A DNA stretch of 63,755 nt, the filler included, from Chrysochromulina tobinii (taxonomy: Eukaryota): NCBI GenBank assembly GCA_001275005.1. It is 5 parts of 5 records of this genome, joined end to end, with 100 filler letters (N's around TTAATTAATTAA, not from the genome) between each part and the next. Parts side by side here need not be neighbours in the genome. Positions count along the whole stretch, not along the records: positions 1 to 23,956 come from JWZX01000208.1; positions 24,057 to 38,024 come from JWZX01000210.1; 3 more parts are not named here. The stretch is one strand, 5' to 3'. Below, one piece after another: positions 22,791-34,100 of this stretch. A program made the position numbers and the translations under genes. A model generated the notes under the pieces. The model was not told the DNA's origin, did not search any database, and worked only from the letters and a program-made list of their open reading frames with translations. How positions within the stretch are numbered: position 1 is the stretch's first letter; every line of letters starts with the position of its first letter.

Positions 22791-23064
22791 TTCATGTTAA
22801 TACTCACACACACGTAAGGAGACAACATTTTCATCGGATGTTGTGAATGCAAAAGTAGTCAAGTCAAATCAATTTAGCTCTGGAATTGTCATACGAGCGC
22901 GCGCGCCGAGAGGCCACTCGCCACTCGCTACTACCACACTCCGGCGGTCCGATCCCCACCCTTTTAAAACAGTGTACTACTCTTCTACACGCAAGCACAC
23001 ACCGCAGGTCGCCAAACCGCGTACTCTCTCGTTCGAGTTCAAAGGCGCTAAAGGGCCCGGAAGC

Positions 23065-23956
23065 TCAAACGGTGACTCGAACTGGTTTCGAAGCTGCGTC
23101 CACGATTAACTTGGTTGGACCCTGTGTCGGCGGCGATGGCGGCGTGCCCGCCGTCACCTTCTCCAGGACGCAAATTATGCGGAGGCAGCCACATTGGAAG
23201 AGTAGGTTCCAGCAACACAGAGGGAGGCCGACTCCCAGCCCAACCGCAAGAGCGATCATCGCGAGGCCGATGCCGGCGCTCGAGGCTGCAACCGAGGGTG
23301 CAGTCAGTGCGAGTGCGGCCGAGGGAGCAGTCAGCACGGTGAGGCTGCCGCCCGTGCTCTCGATGGACAAGGGCGACGTGAGCTGGGCCGTTATCCTCGA
23401 CTGTAGCGTCGCCGCGTTCATGCCGGTGATCGATGCCGTGAGTAGCGCAGCAAACTGCGCCTCGACATTCGGGAAGATGAACTCGATGTTGACGCTCGCC
23501 GCGGTGATAAGCACAGTGGAGCCGGGGGGGGCGCCAGCAACGAAGCCGAATGCACGCGCGGCCGCCTGCAGCAGCGCGTTGCGCTCAGTGGGGGAGAAGT
23601 CATCGGGCGTGCCTGCAGCCGTGAAGGTGACGGTGACCTGGGCAAGCACCAGACCGGGCGAAGGTGGCGGTGGTTGAAGCCGCGGTAGTGGCGGCGGCCA
23701 TGCGGGCGAGGGCGGGGGCGGCGAGGGTGAAGGCGGCGGCGGCGATGGTGAGGGCGGCGGCGGTGATGGTGGCGGTGGAGCGAGAGGTGGCGGCGGTGAT
23801 GGCGGCGGTGGCGATGGCGGTGGTGGCGTCGGTGGAGGCGGCGAAGGCGACGGCGGCGGAGGTGCTGGCGGCGGCGGCGACGGTGGCGGAGGCGACGGCG
23901 GTGGTGGCGGAGAGGGAGGTGGCGGAACTGGAGGCGGTGGCGACGGTGATGGTGGC
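23065..23956 (-). CDS. Pro-rich (PPSPPP) surface protein with C-terminal TM helix, 5'-partial
   Basis: Pro-rich frame runs in from the contig end, then a VTVTFTAAG domain and the TM segment GIGLAMIALAVGLGVGLPLCC. Confidence 0.6.
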
Positions 23957-24056
23957 NNNNNNNNNNNNNNNNNNNNNNNNNNNNNNNNNNNNNNNNNNNN
24001 TTAATTAATTAANNNNNNNNNNNNNNNNNNNNNNNNNNNNNNNNNNNNNNNNNNNN
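23957..24056. other. Artificial contig-joining spacer
   Basis: N-run, TTAATTAATTAA (stops in all frames), N-run. Confidence 0.99.
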
Positions 24057-24184
24057 CATCCCCTCGCAGTGAGGAAGAGCTCAGTGAGCTACCCGAGTGT
24101 GTGTTGTGTGAACGCCTGGTACGGCGCGCGGAGCGCGGCGTGAGTACTAGAAATCGCACGGAAATTCCTCACTGTCCAGGCTCA

Positions 24185-24978
24185 ATGGGTGTGCTTACAA
24201 CTGCGCTCGCATCACCCGCGTCCACTTCGGTGATAGTCGGAGCTTCGCGCGGCATTGGTCTTGCGCTGGTCTCGGCGCTATTACACCGTGGGCGCGGCCG
24301 AGTTGTCGCGACAGGCCGCAAGGCCTCTGAAAGCGAGGCTCTCGCCGCGCTGCGGGAGCAGTGGCCAGATCGCCTTCACTATTCGCAAGTCGATGTGACG
24401 GACGCAGAATCCATTCGTGAGATGGCCGGCAACGTCAAGCGCATCTGCACGACGAGTGCCGGAGATGGCTAACGGGTGTGGACTTACTCATGAATGTGGC
24501 TGGCGTGCTGCACGACCCGGAGACGGGCATGATGCCCGAGCGCAGCCTGCAATCTGTCGATTCGCAACACATGGCACGCGTACTACAAATCAATGCCATC
24601 GGCCCAGTGCTCGTCACGCAGGCACTGCAGGACCTGCTCGCACGTGGTGCGGTCATAGGCAACCTCTCCGCTCGAGTGGGCTCGATAGGCGACAACCGGC
24701 TCGGCGGTTGGTGGTCGTACCGCATGTCCAAGGCGGCGCTGAATCAGGCGACGCGCAATATGGCCAACGAGTTGAGGCGCCGTGAGGTCATCGCCGTCTC
24801 GCTTCATCCGGGCACGACCGACACGGGGCTGAGCGAGCCCTTCCAAAAGAACGTACGACCTGAGAAACTCTTCACCGCCGAGTTCACCGCAGGGGCGCTG
24901 CTCGACGTCCTCGAAGGACTTTCCCTCGAGGACTCCGGTGGCTTCTTTGCATACGATGGATCACCGATTGAGTTTTGA
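24185..24978 (+). CDS. C-factor/CsgA-like short-chain dehydrogenase, split by a stop and frameshift at ~24470 (possible pseudogene or assembly error)
   Basis: VIVGASRGIG in frame A; DLLMNVAG, SARVGSIGDNRLGGWWSYRMSK (YxxxK) and LHPGTTDT in frame B. Confidence 0.8.
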
Positions 24979-25162
24979 GAGGGCCTGATAAGCGAAAGTA
25001 AACGTGTAGCGAAGAAAAAGCGGAATAAGTGACACGCATTGCACACGAATCTCACCGATCTCTCACGTCACCATGCTCGCTCCGTTCTTGCCCACGACGT
25101 CCCATCATGCCCATCTTCGATCGCTTCACTCGCACATATTGACCACTTTTACAGGTGCGTGT

Positions 25163-28100
25163 CTACCGGGAGAGCAACAACTTCACTGCCGCATCGGCGC
25201 CGCTGCCTGACATGCTCGTAAGTCGGCTGCCTCTCGTTCCAGGCCGCGCATGGAAGTGGGCTTGAGTCGTCATCCCTGGCCAGGCACTATTGCCGAGCAC
25301 TGGCAATGCATGGCCCGGCAGGGCTGCCCCTTGCCGTTGCCTTCGAATTGGCACGTAATCAGAGTCTACCGGCAAGGGCGCCAGCTGGTTCGGTGGCGGG
25401 AACTCCTCCGAGGCGGGAGCCCCTCCATCGCCGCCAGATTCTCCTTCTGTCACGTGCATCTTGCTCTTGCGGCGCTTCTTCTTCAAACGGAATCGTGGCG
25501 AAGAAAGCGCCGCCTCGAGTTCCATGGCCTGCAGCAAACGCTCAACATCGCGCCGCGCCCACTGTGGCCCTGATTGCTTGGCGAGCGTAACTTCCATCAC
25601 AGAGGTTGCTGTCCGCGGCGGCGGGGGGGGCTCGGTTATCGGCCTAGGACCAAGCTCGGTTTTTGGTCTTGATGGCGAGGTCGATCGTCTCGGTGCTCGC
25701 GCAGAGGCGGGGGGCGGGGGTTCAAGGGGTGCCCAAGGCCACGCCGAGTCTCCTTTCTCAGGCCCGCGAGAAGAGAGGGCTGGCCGTCGATCCATCGGGT
25801 TGATCGACGATGTACCAGACACAGTCGCCCAGAGGCCGGGCAGCTTCGCTGCGTTTTGCTCGTGCGAGTACGCCGTCGATACCCTCGCCGAAGTCGAAAG
25901 GCGAGCAGTGCCCATCCTCGAGGTCGCATGCTCATCCTCACCTGAGCTGTGGCGCTCGAGCTGGTAGCCTCCTAGCCACGGCCTCCCAATGTGGTCTTCA
26001 AAGAAAGCAGGGTTCGATTCTTCGGCATCGGAGCTCTTCGGCGGGGGCTGCCAGGGGTGAGGCGGGGGGCCCTTATGGGGCGATCTGGATCGTGAGGACC
26101 GCACGCCGTGCTCGGTTCGAGGCCGAGCGTTCGGCGGGTGCGTGGGTGGGTGAGGTTGAAAATGCAGAGTCTGCTGGTGCTGTAAATTCGGCCACGCTTC
26201 GAGTTGCTGAGCCAGCCGTGCTTCGAAAGGTTTGATGGTACGCTGCTTCGAGCTGCTTCTGAAGGTGGAGTTGGGTCGGTGGCCAAAGTCCCCCTGAGCT
26301 CCCCATCCTGCTTCATATTCGGGCATGTGCTCGTTGTCCGAGGGATAGAACGCTTCTTCTTGCTCGTCAAAGAATCGCACCTCGTTCGTGGGTGAAGGTG
26401 AACGTGGTGCTTCCGCTATCTGCACCTTGAGTTTGACCACTGGTCCAGACACTTCGGCACGGGCGTCGCGCTTGGCTTCCAAGGCAGCTTTGACATCTTC
26501 ACCGTCAAGCATCTTATCCACCAGCTGTCGGTCACTCTTGCCTCTGGCAGATGCCTGAAGACGTGTCGCCGCTTTCGCCTTCTTGCCGTCGAGTTCCTTT
26601 TCTTCTTCAATGGCTCGCCGCAACGCAGCTTTTGCCACAGCCATGGCCTTGGCCTGCGATGCAGACGCCTCTTCTGCCACGCGGCTCGCGTCTGCTAGCG
26701 CCTTTTCCGCCGAGGTCGTGAGCTCTTTCATCCCAGCAGCCACATTTTCCGTCAAATGAACATTCTTTTGAGCGTCGGTTTGCAGCGTGAGCACGAGCTC
26801 AGCAGCCTCTTGGTCGAGCGGTTCCTCGCCCTCAATTGGCATACGCTCCGTGTTAGGCACATTCTCAGTCGCCTTCTCAACAGCAGCACTCGCCTCGCTC
26901 GCAGCATCGATGACCTGGGATGCACTCTCAGCAGCCTCTGCCTTCTTTGCATGTGCTATCTGTGCGGCTTCAGCGGCCTTGGACGCAGCGTCTCCAGCTC
27001 GCTTAGCTGCCTCCATGCAAGCCGCTACGTTCTTTGCCTCGGCGGACGCATATGCGTCGTCGTGGGCCAGTACAGCCTCGGCCGTTGCTGCTGCAGCATC
27101 CGTACTCGCTTGCACCGCTGCCGCTGAGGCCTCCACCGTGAGAGCCGCAGCTGCGAGCGCCTTCTCGTTGGCGGCCAGTGCCTCAGATGCAGCCTCGGAC
27201 ACGGCAGATGCTGCAGCTGCGACCTGCCCGACCGCCTTCTCAGCCTTGGCCACTCGTTCAGCTAAGATCCTCGCCTCCTCGGCTGCTTTCTCCCGCTCAC
27301 GGCCAATCTCCTCAGCTCTTTTTCTCAGACGAGCCTGAAGGGCCATTGCTTGTCCGTGCTTCTTTAGGCGCTCACGCGCAGCAGTTGAGCGGGTGGCCTT
27401 GACAACATCTTTGGCACTCGCAGCTGCAGTCGTGGCTGCCGATTGCGAGTCTGCCGCCGATGCTGCGGCCGCCTGCACCTCTGTAAATACCCGTGCTGCC
27501 CCCTCCGCTGCTTCAGATGCTGCAGCAGTCGCCGAGGTCACGGAATCCAGGCCAGCATCACCCGTCATATCTCGCGACGCCCTTTCGAGATACTCGAGGA
27601 CCTTTTCACGCTCAGCCTGGGCGGTTTCAGCTGCCAATTTGGCCACTTCCATCCCCTTGCTGATTTTCTCCATTGCTTTCGATAATTTCTCCACGGCAGC
27701 AGCGCATGCTGCGACAGCTTTCTCTGCGCGCTTGCCCTCGGCGGTGCACGCTTCCACGTCCTTCGCCTTTTGAGCTGCTTGTGCTTTCTCAAGCGCATCG
27801 CGCGCCGAAAATTCGGCATCTTGGACTTCTTTCGTCGCCTTCATGGCAGCCTCCCCTCCCTTGCCTGCATTTGACCCCCCCGACGAAGCCTTGGACGCAG
27901 CGTTCTGTGTTGCTGCCGCCGCCACTTCGATCACTGACTTGCTCGCTGATGCCATGGCTTTTTCCACCTTCGCCATTGCCCCGGCTGCCTCCTCTGCCGC
28001 TTTTGAGGTCGCACCTTCTGCTGTCACTGTCTCCTCCAGGCTGGCTTCCGCTGCGGCCTGCGTCGCAATCGCCATAGTCTCGAACTCCTTGTCTTCTGGC

Positions 28101-31100
28101 AGCTTCTGAAACCGTGCCAGTGCCGCGTGCTCGGTCGCCCGCTGAAGCGCCCCTTGAGCGGCGGCCAAGCCTTCCTTGGCCTCTTGAGCTGCGTTGCGTG
28201 CCAGCTTGGTCAGCTTTGCAACTGACTCGGCAGACGCAGCACACTCAGCGGCCGCTTGAGCGGCCACCTCGAAAGCCTCCTCAGGAGTCGGAACCTTAGT
28301 TGGCACTGGTTCCTTGCTGCCCTTTTTCGCTGGCTGACCCTTGGCCGGCGCCTTCTTGGCCGGTGCCTTCTCAACCTTCGGCACGGTTTTTTGTCTTGTA
28401 AGTTCACCCTTTTTACCCTTTGGAGCGTCTGCTGCAATCTGGGCGGCACGTATTATTTCGAGCGCCTGCACAGCAGTTGCCTTGGCGGTGGCCGCCTTCT
28501 TTGCCGCCTCCACAACCTTGTCCACGAGACTGGGTAGCGAAGGTAGCGGAGGCAACTCCTCCCCAGTTGGTGACTCAGGTGCTGTCTGTGCAACTGTCTG
28601 TGAAAGTGACTCAGCTGCTGCAACTGCCTTTCTCAGCGCAGCCTGAGCCTCAGCTGCCGAGGTTGCAACCACTGACTGCGCACGTTCGGCGGCGAGTTGC
28701 GCGCGCATCATGTTTATCAGCTTTCGGTCCGCCATTCCACGCCCTTGAGCCTCCAAGCGAGTAGCCGCGTACTGCCTCTCCGTTTCCACTGCAATGTCGA
28801 GAGAAGCCTCCGCCTTGGCCATTGCCTTGTTCTGCGCTGCGGTCGCCACTTCCATAGCCTGATCTGAGTCGGCGACGGCTTCATGCATGGAGCCCGTCAC
28901 CTCGCTCACGCCAGCAGCGGCCGCTCTGGCCACCTCTGCATGGTTCTGAGCCTCGGTTTGCGTCTCGAGGGCGATCTTGCCAGCCTCGCCGTCAGGCATA
29001 GGGTCGCGAGAAGCCTTTTTCTCGTGCACATTTGCCTTCTCAAGGGCGGCGTTCACCACGTTCAATGCCGCGAGGGCCTCTGCTGCACTCTCGTGAGTCT
29101 CGGCTCTCTTCGCGGTCACCTCCTGAGCCGCATCTGCAGCCCTGGACGCAGCCTCCATGGCTCGCTTGGCCGCCGCCATGCACGAAACTGGGTCTTTTGC
29201 AGCAGAGGCGGACATCACATCTTCGTGGGCCTGCGTTGCATCGGCCGCTGCGGCTGCTCCGTCCTGACTGGCCTGAGTCGCAGCCATGGAAGCATCTACC
29301 GTGCGTCCTGCCGCGGTGAGCGCCGTCTCGGATGCAGCCGTGGCCTCGGATGCAGCCTCAGCCACGACTGCTGCAGCCTCGGCCGATGCCTCGGCGCGCT
29401 CCTTCTCGAGCTCCTGCGCTTCTTTCTTCATACCTTCCATCAGGACGGTAAGCTTGCCCGCCCGCTTCAGGCCTGCCCGTGCTTTGGCGGCACGAGCAGC
29501 TGCCTCCGCTCGTTGGCGCCCGAGCTCTTCGGCTTTCAGTTTCAGGCCAGCTTGCATCACCTGAATCTTTGCGTGCTTCTTCAGGCGCTCACGAGCCGCT
29601 TTGGAGCGGGTTGCCTTGACGGTCTCCATTGTACTATCTCCTGCGTTCTTCGCTGCTGTCTCCGAAGCGGTGGCTGCGGCTAGGGATGCACTTCCCTCCT
29701 TAAACAAATTATGTGCCGAGGCCAGTGCTTCAGTTGCTACCGTAGTTGCCGAAACAGCTGCTGCCACGCAGGCTTGAGCCGCTGCTTGCAGCTCAGCCGC
29801 ATGCTGACCGAACTCGCCTTTTGGGTCTTTGTCAACCCGGGCAACAATCTGATTGGCCTTATCGTGCGCAGCATGGGCAGCGGCTAGCGCGTCTTTGGTC
29901 CCCTCGACGCCGCCCTTGCCGATCTTGTGCACAGCGATGGTCACGACCTCGACCGACTTCGTACTTGCCTCGACCGCCTTCTCCGCGCGTATCCCTTCGG
30001 CAGTGCAGTCTGAGACGTTTTTGGCCTGCTGGAAGGCCTTAGCTTTGCTCAGGGCTTCGAGAGCCAATGCTTCGGCCTTCGCCGCCTCTTTGGCTGCTTC
30101 TGCTGCTGCAGTTGCTGTGGCAGCGGCAGCAAATCCTGCGGTTTTGGCGTTCTTCTCCGCAAGTTGCGCCTCTGCCGTGATGGCATCGATCGCCGCCTTC
30201 ATCGCTTCGGCCGCAGCCTTCTCTGCGGCCGACTTTTCTGCCGCCTTCACGTCGGCCTCGGCCTTAACCGACGCCGCCCTGGCATTCGTGGCTGCAGTGA
30301 TAGCCTTCAGCTCGGCTGCCTGGGCTTCGTCTTCTGCGCGCTCCGCCTCTGCCAACGCAGGAGTCGCCACGCTCTTCAGCTCGCTCACCTCAGCAGCAGC
30401 CTTGTCCGTCTTCTTAGCATTCCTTTGGGCCTCTGCTCTGGACTTGATCGCGTTTTCCCCATGAGGCTCCTCGCTAGGCATGGGATCACGAGATGTCAGG
30501 AGAACGTGCTCATTCGCCATCTCAAGGGCGACGGTCGACTCGCGATTAGCCTCCAAGACTTTTGTTGCACTCGAAGTAGCCTCTGCCTTCTTAGCAAGAG
30601 TCAACAGCGCAGCGGTGGCAGCTTTGGAGGCGGCCGCTTCTGCTCGATCAGCCGCTGCCATGCAGGACGGCACATCCACAGCCGCCGCGGCGGCTGCGGC
30701 GGCGGCGGCCGCTGCCGTCGTCGCCATCGCCGTCGCCGTCGCTGTCGCAGCTGCCGTCACCTTGGCTGCCCTCAAAGCATCGTCATAGGCCTCGGCCGCC
30801 TCATCCGACGCTGCTGTCACATCCCTAGCCGCCTTTACTGCCGCCTTGGAGGCCTCCACTGTCGTCACCGACGCCGGATGTGCCTTTTCGAGGGCTGCTA
30901 GCGCCTCCGACGCAGCATCAGCCACAACTTGTGCAGCTGCCGCGATCTCCGCGGCTGCCCTCGCGTCGCCTTTTAGCTTTTGCATAGCGAGCCGAGCCTC
31001 CTCAGCTGCTCTGAGCTGCTCTTTTTCTTTCTCTAATGCCAGGTCAGCTGCAGCCTTCTCCGCAGCGGCCAGGTCAGCTGCAGCTTGCTCTTGCATCCTT

Positions 31101-34100
31101 TTGTCGGCCAGCGCTTTCTCGTACGCCGCCCTCTCTTCTGCTGACTTCTCCAACATATCCGCCTTCTCGGCTGCTGCCTTCGCCTCGATGGCCGCCTTCT
31201 CGGCGGCTGACTTCTCCTCGATGGCCGCCTTCTCGGCTGCTGACTTCTCCTCCAGTGCCTTCTTCTCGGCTGCTGCCTTCTCCTGGAGTGCCGCCTTCTC
31301 GGCCGCCGCCTTCTCCTCGATTGCCGCCTTCTCTTCTGCTGCCTTCTTCTCCATTGCCGCCTTCTCAGCTGCTGCCTTCTCCTCCAGTGCCTTCTTCTCG
31401 GCTGCTGACTTCTCCTGGAGTGCTGCCATTTCGGCTGCTGCCTTCTCCTGGAGCGCTGCCATCTCGGCTGCTGCCTTCTGCTCCGCTGCTGCTTTCTCAG
31501 CTGCTGCCTCCGCCAACCGCTTCTCGAACGCCGCCATCTCGGCTGCTGCCTTCTCCTCCATCGCGGCCTTCTCGGCTGCTGCCTTCTCTTGGATTGCCGC
31601 CTTCTCGGCGGCTGCGTCCGCCAACGCTTTTTCGAACGCTGCCCTCTCGGCCGCTGCCTTCTCCTCCATCGCCGCCCTCTCGGCTGCTGCCTGCGCCAAC
31701 ATTTCTGCCTTTTCGGCTGCTGCCTTCTCCTCGATGGCCGCCTTCTCGGCCGCTGCCCTCTCCTCGATGGCCTCCTTCTCAGCCGCCGCCTTCTCCTCGA
31801 TGGCCGCCTTCTCAGCCGCCGCCTTCTCCTCGACGGCCGCCTTCTCCGCTGCTGCCTTTTCCTCCATCGCCGCCTTCTCGGCAGCGGCCTTCTCCTCAAA
31901 CGCGACCCTCTCGGCTGCTGCCTCCTCCCTCATTGCCTCCTCCAGAGCTCTCCTCTCGGCTGCAGCCTTGGCAGTGTTTGCCCAAGACTTGCCGGCCAAC
32001 GCGGCCGTCTTCTCGGCCGCTTTGTCGGCCAACGCCTTTTCGAACGCTGCCCTCTCGGCCACTGCCTTCTCTTCCGCAGCCGCCATCACGGCTGCTAACT
32101 TCTTCTCCATGACCGCCTTCTCGGCCGCTGCCTTCTCCTCGATCGCCGCCTTCTCGGCCGCTCTTTTCTCCTCGATCGCCGCCTTTTCGGCAGCTGATCT
32201 AATCACCAGAGTCGCCTTAAGGGCTGCTGCCTTCTCGGCCGCCGCCTTCTCGGCCGCGGCAGCTTTCTCCTCCAGCGCCGCCCTCTCAGCTGCAGCCACT
32301 TTCTCGGATTCGGCCCTAGCAGCCGCCTCTTGCTGCACCCGCTGGTCGGCTGCCAGCATTGCCGCCGCAACCGCCGCGTCGCGTTCTTTCGCTGCCTTCT
32401 CAACTTCCGCAGCTGCAGCATCGCGCTCCTTTGCTGCCTGTTCTGCCGCGGCGATTGCAGCGTCGCGCTCCTCCTTTGCCTTCGCCTCCATAGCCGCCCT
32501 CTCGGCTGCTGCCTTCTCCTCGACGGCTGCCTTCTCCGCGGCCGTCTTAGCCTCCATCTCCGCCTTCTCGGCAGCTGCCTTCTGCTCTACTGCTGCCTTC
32601 TCGGCCTCTGTCTTCGACTCCAGTGCCGCCTTCTCGGCCTCTGTCTTCGACTCCAGTGCCGCCCTCTCGGCTGCTGCCTTCTCTTCCGCCACCTTCTCGG
32701 CCGCCGCCTTCTCGGCCGCCGCCTTCTCGGCCGCCGCCTCCTCGGCTAACGCCTTCTCGGCTGTCGCCTTCTCGGCTGTCGCCTTCTCGGCCGCCAACTT
32801 CTCGGCCGCCAACTTCTCGGCCGCCAACTTTTCGGCCGCCTCCCCGTCAGCTGCGGCACTGACGGCCGCCGCCTGCTCGGCCGCCGCCCGCGCTGCCGCC
32901 GCCTTTGCCTCGGCGGCTGCCTTCTCAGCGGCGGCACGCATGGCTTCCAACTCGCGACGAAGCGCCGCCGCCTCCTCCGCCGCTGCCGCCGCCGCCGCCT
33001 CCGCGGCAGCTTTCGCAGCGGCCATCTCAGCCGTCGCCTCCGCCAGCTGCAGCTCCATGGCCGCCTTTTCAGCTTCTGGGCCACCGGGTTCTCCGGTGGC
33101 GGCCGCCTTCTCGGCCGCCTTCTCGGCCGCCGCCTTCGCCTTCGAGGCTGCCTCCATCTCGGCCTCCGCCTTCGCCTCGGCCGCCGCCTTCTCGACCTTC
33201 GCCTTCGCCTCGGCTGCCGCCTTCTCGGCCGCAGCCTTCGCCTTGGCCTCCGCCATCTCGGCCGCCGCCTTCGCCTCGGCCGCAGCGGCGGCACGCACGG
33301 CCTCCAACTCGCGACGAAGCGCCGCCGCCTCCTCTGCCGCTGCCGCTGCCGCCTTTTCCGCGGCCGCCTTCTCAGCAACCGCCGCCGCCACGGGTGACAC
33401 AAACAGCTGCTCGTCATCGGCAAAGGCGCCCGCGCCCGTCGATGATGCTTCAGTCAGCGTTGGGTTGAGGCTGAGCAGGTTCGCAAGTGTCGAGGTGGCA
33501 TATTGTTGGACCTGCTCGTCGTCATACGCCATCAGGTTCTCGAGAGCAGTCAAATAGCTTTGGTCGAGAAAGGTGGGGGTCCAACTTGGCTCGCCGGAAA
33601 GGTTAAAGCAAAGGCCGGCGGCGTAGGTGACAATCATTCGGTCGTCTTCTAGGAGGCATTGCAGAAGTGAATGCCCCACCTGGCACGCGAGTAGCTTCCG
33701 CTTGGTTGCGACAAAGTTGGTATCGAGAGAGTCGGAGCACAAATTAGCCAGGCAGCATAGTGCGTACAGCTTGAGCTCGTCGGCGTCTTCCATAAGCAGA
33801 GACGCCAGCTGCTTGATACCTCCGGTGTCACGCAACGCCTTAGCGACTGCACTTCCCTCACTCATGCTGCATTGATTGAGGGTTTCAGCGAGTCTGACCA
33901 CCGCAGCCTTGCGAATTGCATACTGGTTTGGGGCCTTTAGGTTCTCGATCAGTGACAGTACCCACTCCACCATGGCATCGATGGCTGACCCTGCTGGGGG
34001 CAGAGGTAGCACAGGGCGAGCGACGACCCCTGCGGGCGCGCCAGGTAACCCCGGGGCTGCGACGGGACCGCCGCCAAACAGTTGCGTAATCTGCGCATTT

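Noticed and set aside
23957..24056. TTAATTAATTAA inside N-runs (four times) as a biological repeat
   Set aside because: It is an artificial linker, so genes on different contigs cannot be treated as one locus or system.
24470..24472. Selenocysteine or readthrough in the SDR
   Set aside because: The stop is TAA and the downstream half is in another frame.
30846..33557. 903-aa plus-strand ORF and many other long overlapping ORFs
   Set aside because: These are antisense or alternate-frame shadows of GC-rich repetitive genes and carry no independent motifs.
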